A DNA stretch of 64,000 bases from Tubiluchus corallicola. Its lineage: Eukaryota; Animalia; Priapulida. Under the pieces are notes generated by a model that made no database searches, was not told the DNA's origin, and saw only the letters and a program-made list of their open reading frames with translations. The first letter of the stretch is position 1. Each line of letters opens with the position of its first letter. Location: the NCBI GenBank assembly GCA_030141605.1, contig JAQGDQ010000046.1, positions 1 through 64,000 of the forward strand, given 5' to 3'. A program made the translations under genes and the position numbers. Positions 26,501-35,500 of this stretch are shown here, one piece after another.

Positions 26501-29500
26501 TAAACCGCAATCTAGGCCGAGGGAAGCATTTTGCACAAAAATTTGGTCTTTTGATGCAAAAGATAATACAATGGAATTAATCACAATGAGCGTATCGATT
26601 ATGATTTTTTAATGATTTAGCTCTGTGCACTTGAAGTTGCAATAAAAATATTTTTGTGGTGAATTTGTTGATAGCCTATTTTTGGTAGTATATAGACAAG
26701 ACCGCAAACAAAACATAATGTATACGATTGATAAAATGGATCATATCAATTTTGTTTAATGCAATCAATGTGCGCTGTTCATCAACTTTAATGAGCTGTC
26801 GCGCCTTGTAAAAAAAACTTTAACACGGCCCGTGAGCACATTACTACATAAAGAAGGCTTTATCTTTTTTAAAACTAAGAGGTTTTTCTTGATTCCAACA
26901 CAACATCGGCTTTAATTGTTTTAAATGGCTTTTTATCCTTTTAATAAGCTGTAATTAAATTTACAGACTTAACTGGAGTAAGAATGGCAGACAAACCACT
27001 ATAAGCGATTACGGTTAGGGAATTAGTCAGCGGTGTCAAATGTAATAGCTGTAACGTACATGTACATACAACCGCGTTGAACATTTTTGAAAAAATAATA
27101 ACGATAGGTGTGCAAAATAAAGCGTCAATCACCGGGTACGCCATGGAGTCTAAATATAAATGATAGCCATATAAGTGATATGTATTTATCTACATATCAT
27201 GTTGTTTACATCTACATAAGATGTTTTTTATATTTTATATTAATTATTTCTCATGAAATCTGAATTTTTTAAATTAGACTTTAAATTTATTACTGAACAT
27301 TAGAAACATAAAAACATTATTTTTTTATGAAAATGACACGTACATTCACCGTTAGGCCTGATCTAACTTAACGAAACTGATTCTGATTCTAAATAATTCA
27401 GAATGCACAATTTAATCAGATAATTGCCAAAATTTATCTCATCTCAAATTGCAGTGTGGCAGGTCGTTTGCATGTTCAGTTTTACAATTAAAGTCGAAAA
27501 TGGATTAGATTATAGTTATTTATGTGCAAATTCATTCCTAGTTATTGCTAAAATTCAAACTGTCGCGTTTCCTGCCTGCGGATTCATTGCCAACAGATTC
27601 AATTCGCGCCATTATGAGTGACCTTCCAAAGGTCATTTTTCAATTCTTATGAAGACATGTGCTGCATATCATTAATTTTAACTTTTGCTGCACTATTGTA
27701 GCTGCCAATACTGCAGCAGCTGATGTTGTTAGTTTGGTAATGGCTGTCGCTGCTACTGCTGCTATATATGCACCCGTGAGCATCGTTGCTATCGTTATCT
27801 TGCAGCCTTTAACCCACACATTGATGATGATGATCATGAATACCGCGAGACACGTTTTTACATGTTTCGTCATAGTTGAATTTTTTGCTGCAATGTCGTT
27901 AATGTTAAAGGTAAACCAAAGCTTATGAATTACCTCGGTTACATGTCTACCACGCAGATGGGTAAACAGACGGCCAGGCACAAGTACTGGTTAGAGATTT
28001 TTGTATTCGTGCTATGCTTGCGGATGTATATATTACGTAATATATTCTCTGTATGGCTACAAGCATTTTCATAATTTATAATTGCGACATCTACAAAGCT
28101 ACGACATGGCGAACTGGGGAGCCTTTAACACTGTTAGAGTAGTATTACTGTATCATTAATTTCCCTGTTGTTCTGCTTGCTTAAAAATAAAATGATAAAC
28201 AAAAATTAGGATCCACTGAGCTATAACATGTAACTTTTCAGGTACCTACGAAAACAAGAAAGTGTTTTTACTGTGGGGCATACTCCTCCGCGGTATTATA
28301 AGATTGGCTTTGATGCAAATGGACAACAGAAATATGTACAACTAACTATCATTAACATGAAGGAGAAAGCTGGGCAAAAGTGGTGGCAGAAGGTTAGTTA
28401 TTTATAATGCACGTCCAGAGATTTAATGACTCCTCAGCTGTAATCCATAGGACAAATGTGTCTTAATTTGTGCATATCGCACAAATATCCAGTGCCGCGA
28501 TATCAGTTTATGTCTCTTGGTTATGTTTTTGTTAGATTGGAACATGGGACAGTTCCAAATATCCAGACACATTAGACGTTAGTGATATCACATGGCCCGG
28601 CAATGCCATTGCACCACCAAAAGGTGTTCCAGAGCGTTTCAACCTGACTGTTGTTACTCTTGAAGAGCATCCTTTCGTAATATCGAAAGAAGTGGATGAA
28701 GAGACTGGCTCATGTAATCGAGGAGTGAAATGCAGGTTTACCCATTATCCTGATAATAATAGGTAAGGTATCATCAACTGATTCAGTAAGCACAATAATC
28801 ACGTTGATTTGGAAACTTTATCAAAACATTATCCACGCACTTTAAGTAGCTCTGTTTGCTTTTATTAGTATTGCAGCATTTTTACTACTGAAGTTTTTAG
28901 ATTGTGTAACTACTTTGCAGTCTGTTGACTCGTGAGGTTCTGCGTAGAGTTGCATTCACTCGTGGTCGAGGTAGCAAATGCAAAACTCACGGAATACAGA
29001 ACAGCACGTTTATTGTATTTATTGTAGTAATAGATAACAACATCACCATTTCAATTAACGCAATTAAAATTTATTAACATTGTCCATCTGGGACCCCGAC
29101 CTGACGCGTGTAACATTCCTCTGAGAACCTCAGCACAGAGCACAAACCAATAATGCCAATATGCATACACCATAGAAATTTAGAAAAATTGCATCCTGGT
29201 GCCATCTTCTGCGCATTACGCCAAACTCACGACAGTTACAGATTGTGATAAATTTCATATGGGGAATCCTTAAAAACTGACATCCGAAGCCTATGCCATT
29301 CTTTTTACAAACAATTTTACAAGACAGCTTGTCGACTAGATGAGAATCTTTAGGTGGTATTATAGGGAACCTATATTGCTTGCATGGATTTGAAGTTGTG
29401 CTATTACTAACTTCTCGTATTTTTTCAGTACGAATTCTACTAATCCAGGATACAAATGCTGCTCTGGGCTATGTATTGACATTTTGGATAGCCTTTCGAG

Positions 29501-32500
29501 AGATCTTAATATTGGTTACGATCTATATCATGTGGCTGATGGTAGCTGGGGACAGATAAATGTCGTAAGATCACAGGATAAAGGGCCATACCCGGTGGGT
29601 TGGGCATGCATGTGCATCATGCATCCAGCCAGCTGAGAGTAGACCCTGGATGTTAGCCTGAGAGTAACATCAGCTGCTGATAGGGTTTATTTCTTTCCCA
29701 GCATTGCATGCTCACTAGCAAGAGCACGAAGACAGATATGCTCCTTTAAATTGTTGATTTCATTATCTTACTGCTGAATCTTGTGCCTCTGATACTGAAC
29801 CAAAGCTTTTGATTTATTAACGGAAATACTATGCAATGGAAATATTGTACCAAAATGATTATTACCCTTTATCTCAATTTTTACAGATTTATGCACTTTG
29901 ATTCAATATGAAACTTTCCGATAAGTATGTTGGCCCTTGAAAAGTCCACCGTTCAACCATGGTTGTGTATACCATAAAAGCTATACTAAGCGGTACAGTT
30001 AAATCTCACTGAAACCTTTTTCCAGGAGTGATGTGCTCATTGTTTGTTCATTAAAAGTGAAGACTTTCTGAAAGAGCCAATACCAATAGCCACAACAAGT
30101 ATTTACAAAACACTTACCAAATGTGGAAACTTTACTGCTATTACATTGGGGAAGGTTCCTAGCTCCAGGCAACTACTGCAGCAGTGTAATCACAAATGAT
30201 AATTACTTAATAATAAATACAAAGGGACCAGAAACAAAAACCTGTCAACAGCATGTTACTTTTGGATATAATGTAGTTGCTTCTATAAGCTTTGCAGTGT
30301 TCGTGTGTAAGTAACTGAATTAACAAAAAACATTAAATGACCTTATTTTAACATCTTTTGCTGTACTTTGTGCATTGTGTTGCATTGGTGGCAAGCAGCA
30401 ATAAATTATGGCATGTTTGTAATGCATTTGGTTGAAATATGTGTTGCATCATCAGTAACTCCAAGCAAAATATATAGTGGATGTATTTTAGTTTCAAAGC
30501 TTTTGAATAAGATAACTGTATCTTTACTGGATTTGATAATGTGTTACTTTGTTTTATACCTTGAGTTTTCTGAGGATTCAAGTATAGTGTCATCAAGCCA
30601 CATACAAATCACTGCTCAAATATAGAAAACAAACTTGCTAAACTGTGTTATAATTAATGCAGTCATCTGAAAGAGTTAATAAGAAACTTGGCAGCATGAG
30701 TCATCAAGTAGCACTGTAAACTGTAAAGTATGGTATAATACTATTAAAAAGAAAAGTTATGGTAAAATTTTAAATTGCACAAGCTGTTACCTCACCTGCT
30801 CAGGTGTGAATGGCAGGTGAAATATATAGTTATACATGCAATGCATTACTGTGGTCAGCATGATATTGATAATGTGTTTTCAAGAACAGTACTAACATTG
30901 TCACAGCTGTGCACAGTGATTTAATTTGCATGGTAGAATATTAATAATTCTAACAGTAAACTAGTCACTAATTTGCATTAATTAAGTTTGATAACGGGGT
31001 TCGTTTTCCTGATTCTACTCTGCCTAAACTGCTAGTACAATGATGTTAAGTTTGTGGTTATTAAAAAGGTTAACTAGAAAAGTTTAAGTATTTTATGTGT
31101 ATGTAAATTATTCGTATTAAATTTATATTAGATGCATTTACATGAAGAATATTTTACGAAAAATATTTAAGAACTGTACTGTGTGAGTTCATTTTATGAT
31201 AGAACATGAGATAGCTTTTTTTGAAAAACCTTTTTATCCAATTTATTGTATGTATAACCAGGAACGGTAAATAAGATCTGAATCCTTTCTATATTAATTA
31301 TTTTACGTGCTTGACAAGATTAACTTTTACAAATGATGATGTGTCTGTAATTTTCTGATATTGTGACATTCATTTTAGAATGGAACATGGAACGGTATCA
31401 TTGCAGACCTCTTGAACAAAAAGGCAGACATGGCTATGGCAGCTTTGACAGCTACCCCATCTCGTGCAGAAGTGGTTGATTTTTCCACGGTGTTCATGGA
31501 TACCGGTATAGGTATAGTTGTTGCATCACGAGAAGGCAGCATCTCTACTACCGCAGTATTAGGTATTGCACATATTATTTATGTGACATTTGATTGGATC
31601 CACTCCGTAAGACTGAAAATGAGAATTCATATTCACAATAGAAACGTAATAGTCTTGGGACTCTTGGGAAAGTTGAGAACAATATAAAAATTGTGCATGA
31701 AGTTAACATTATCCACAGACAGTGTGGCGGATTTATGTCCAAGCAGATAGTGGAGCAATTAATTAAATGATTTGTATTGCAGAACCTTTTGACTGGACAT
31801 CTTGGGCAATGATTTTGCTTGTCTGTCTGAATAGTGCTGCTTTTTTCTTATTTGTCTTCGAATGGCTTTCACCTTACGGTTTCAACATGAAAAAACGTCC
31901 ACCTCCAGGTAAAATGAAACAAAATGTGATAAGTCATATGCAAATTCTTGTCAATTTCTAATCTCGTAGAGAGTACCGACAGTAATTCGCAAATGTAAGA
32001 ACTAACAGTAATTCACAAATGTACATAATTTGCAGCTCAATACTTGAAAGCTTAATAGGCAGATTGATTCACAACTTCTTTGCAAGAATTAATTAACTAT
32101 AAAGTTAACAAAGTTGTAATAAAAAACAACTGACATCATAGTGAACTAAATAGTGACTAATAACAAGCCATATACTTTGTAAGTTGGAACTGGATAACTT
32201 TCAGGTCATAAGTTTTCCTTGTTTCGGACATTCTGGATCATGTACACAATATTGTTTGGAGGTTCAACAAATTTTGATCAACCTCGTGGTTATGTGAGCA
32301 GGGCAGTTGCAAATGTATGGGCTCTCTTTTCACTCTTCTTCTTGGCTAGTTACACTGCAAATTTGGTCAAGTTTATGATTGCAAAGGATGAAATGTTAAC
32401 ACTGTCTGGAATAGATGACGCTCGGGTGTGTAATAATGTTATTTATTTATATTATTTAATGTCATATGACCTAGTAACCAATGATACTTATTAATGATAA

Positions 32501-35500
32501 CGTAAGTAGTGATCCTAACTGTAGATTACCAGTCGCCATGTTAACTACCTTGGTTTCTTGCATACAATTACTGAATTGATTAACTACTGTAGTTTTTATT
32601 GTAGTGTTATGGTTCTGATTTAGTTCAGTGCACAGTAACTGAATGACACAAATGTTTATTTTTGCATTATTACCATGAATTTTCTTTACTTTTAATGTTT
32701 AGCTCCAATTCCCAAACAGTTATCAGTACCCCTTAAAATTTGGCACCGTGCCTGAAGGAACTGCTGCGGAAGCTCTCAAAAGTAATTATCCAGACATGTG
32801 GAAATACATGAAGCAGTACAATACAGTTTCTTTAGCAGAAGGTATCAAGAAACTGAAAGCAGGGTAAGTTGTCACAATTTATAATGAAGTATTACTGAGT
32901 GACATTAATCTGAGCAGATACCACAAGCATCTTTTTATGGTGCCAGTCTGTAATTAGCCTTTATATTTTTTGTCCAAACAATTATTTTTGCAACAATGTG
33001 TCAGCAATTGCATAAGCTACATCAAGTGTTGTAGTAAACTAAGCATTGTGCCAATGATGTCCATCAGGACAAATAATTTGAGATAATGCAAAGGATAAGA
33101 CATGTTGCAAAATACGAATCTTCATGAATAATAGCTTATCCTCACTTGGGATACCAGTAATAGGTTCTTCAAGAAAGCTGTGTTTATTACTTTCAGAGAT
33201 TTAGATGCTTTTATGTACGATGGAAAGGTATTGCAATACCACGTTGGACAAGACAATGAGTGCCGCCTCTTTCAGGTTTGCTGCACATTGCCAGATTTTG
33301 AAGTTATTATTATTATCCTGTATTTGTAGTGGGCAATTATATATTTCCAACATTCAAGTGCACACTACATTTTTCGTAAAATTTATTTTTTAGATAGTAA
33401 ACAAGGAATTAATTAAAAATGCTGATGGCTCAACTGACAGTTAAAATAATTTAACACATTAAAAACAATATTCTAAAACAAACTTTTAAGGTGGACCTGA
33501 ACTAGAACCTGATAGAAGAAAATAAACAGTTCAAGAAAGCCTGTTTTCAGTTTTTTCCTGAGCACTTGTAGAGAAGTGCAGCTTTGGGTTGCCACCTTGT
33601 CACGAACTGAAACCAGGAATCAAGAACCAGTCGGGGTTCTGGGGTAGTGCTGCAAACCAACACACTTCCTCTATTTTAGATGTTTTTAAGCTTTTTTCAG
33701 AAATGAAAATCAAGAAATTTCAACCACAAAGTAGCACAAATTTCTCGATTTTAGACACTAAAAAAGTCCAGAAAACTGAAACTTACCAAAAAGGAAAACA
33801 GTCTACATCGATTTTGGGGTTCCTTCCCAGTCCCAATACACTTCTCAGGTATAAATAGGTTTCTGGAGGTGGCTTTAGTGACCAAATTATTAAGCACTTT
33901 ATGTTATGTCAATTATAGTTAGAGTAAAAGAATACTTGCATTGCAGCTTTTGCCAGTTCAGCAAAAATTGGAGTAAAATGTAGACGGCATGAAGTAATGA
34001 AGCCAAACAACCTATTAAATGTAATTTAATAAGTTTACTGTTATATTAGCTAGCAGAGATACTGGTGATTTTAGCTTAACTTCATGCAAACTTTCAATAA
34101 AACATGCAAGTTATTTTTCAAAAATCTGACGGACCAATGGCTAAATTTCAGGAGACATCCGACAAAATCAAGAGTGATGGTAACCCTAGTGCAGCTTCAT
34201 CGTGACATGTGGCTGCAGTCATTCCCCAAATAGCAAAAACTATGTCCTTGTACAGACAAGCACAACAACGAGAATTACATACATAAAAATTGAGAATTTC
34301 CACAACATTGAGAAAATGAAAAACTGATTCAGTTGCATAAACTTAACTCATTCATTTTATATGTATACTGATGTGTAACTCATTTGCAATATCAATGATC
34401 TTAAAAACCAAAAAAGTGAAGCTCACATAATTATTTTTATTTCTTTTACTAATATGTTACTCTTTCAAATAACCCAGACAGGAAATTGGTTTGCAATGAC
34501 TGGATATGGAATAGCCTTTCCAAAACGGTCAAAGTATCTGGAAAAAATCAGCCAACAATTGCTACGTTACAGACAATCAGGTACAGCAATCAAATCCCAG
34601 TGAGAAATTGCATTAAATTATCTGCGCTTCAGAAGGTACTGCAGACTTTTAAACTGAATTTGGGACTTTAGCAGCAGCCAGTGTAACTCTCTTAGAGCAG
34701 GCATAATGTGATCATATTGTCTAGTTTTGGTAATGACATGAACAGCAAAGTTCTAAGTTATTGGAGTTTACGATTTTCTTATTCTGAAAATTTAAACTAT
34801 TGCAGTAAGTTTGGATATTATGAAAGCATGTATAAGCTTATCGTATTTTTGGTGGTTGTGAATACGTCTGATTTTTCCAATTTTCCACAATGCCAACGAT
34901 GCTGATCTACTAAGGTTTGCTACATGGTTTGACATAGTACCAGAAATGTCAAAAGTTACCGTATTTTCCCGTGTATAAGAGACCCTTTTTTGCTCAGAAT
35001 TTTCACTTTAAAAATAGGGGGTCTCTTATACATGGGAGTAAGTCTTTTCAATAAGATGCATAAATTGTGACACTAATGATTTTAAAGAAATAAGTGCTCT
35101 ACAACTTTCGAATAATTATAGTTTCCTTTCAATAAATCTTCTCCATGGCTAAATTCTAATGATAAAATTAATGTACCGGGTAAGTTATTATTTTTTTAAA
35201 TGTCTCTTTGGTATTGGAGAGAAATCGATTGTTCTGCAGCCAATCAACGCATCTGCATAAGCTCTCTGCATGCCCGTCGACGTCATTGATACGTCGGCAG
35301 AGGTCAACGAGATGAGTCAGCCTAACCAAGGCGTGTCGCGTTCGACTATGAAGCGGTTGTAAGCAATACAAGCATCGTGACACAGAGCAATGAGAACGGA
35401 GAAAAGACAGCCAACTTCAAAGGTACACCCAACTGGTGTTTCTTGTTCATGAAGAGAAATGGATTAAGTTTGCAGACCAGAACCAAACTTGCTCAAATTA

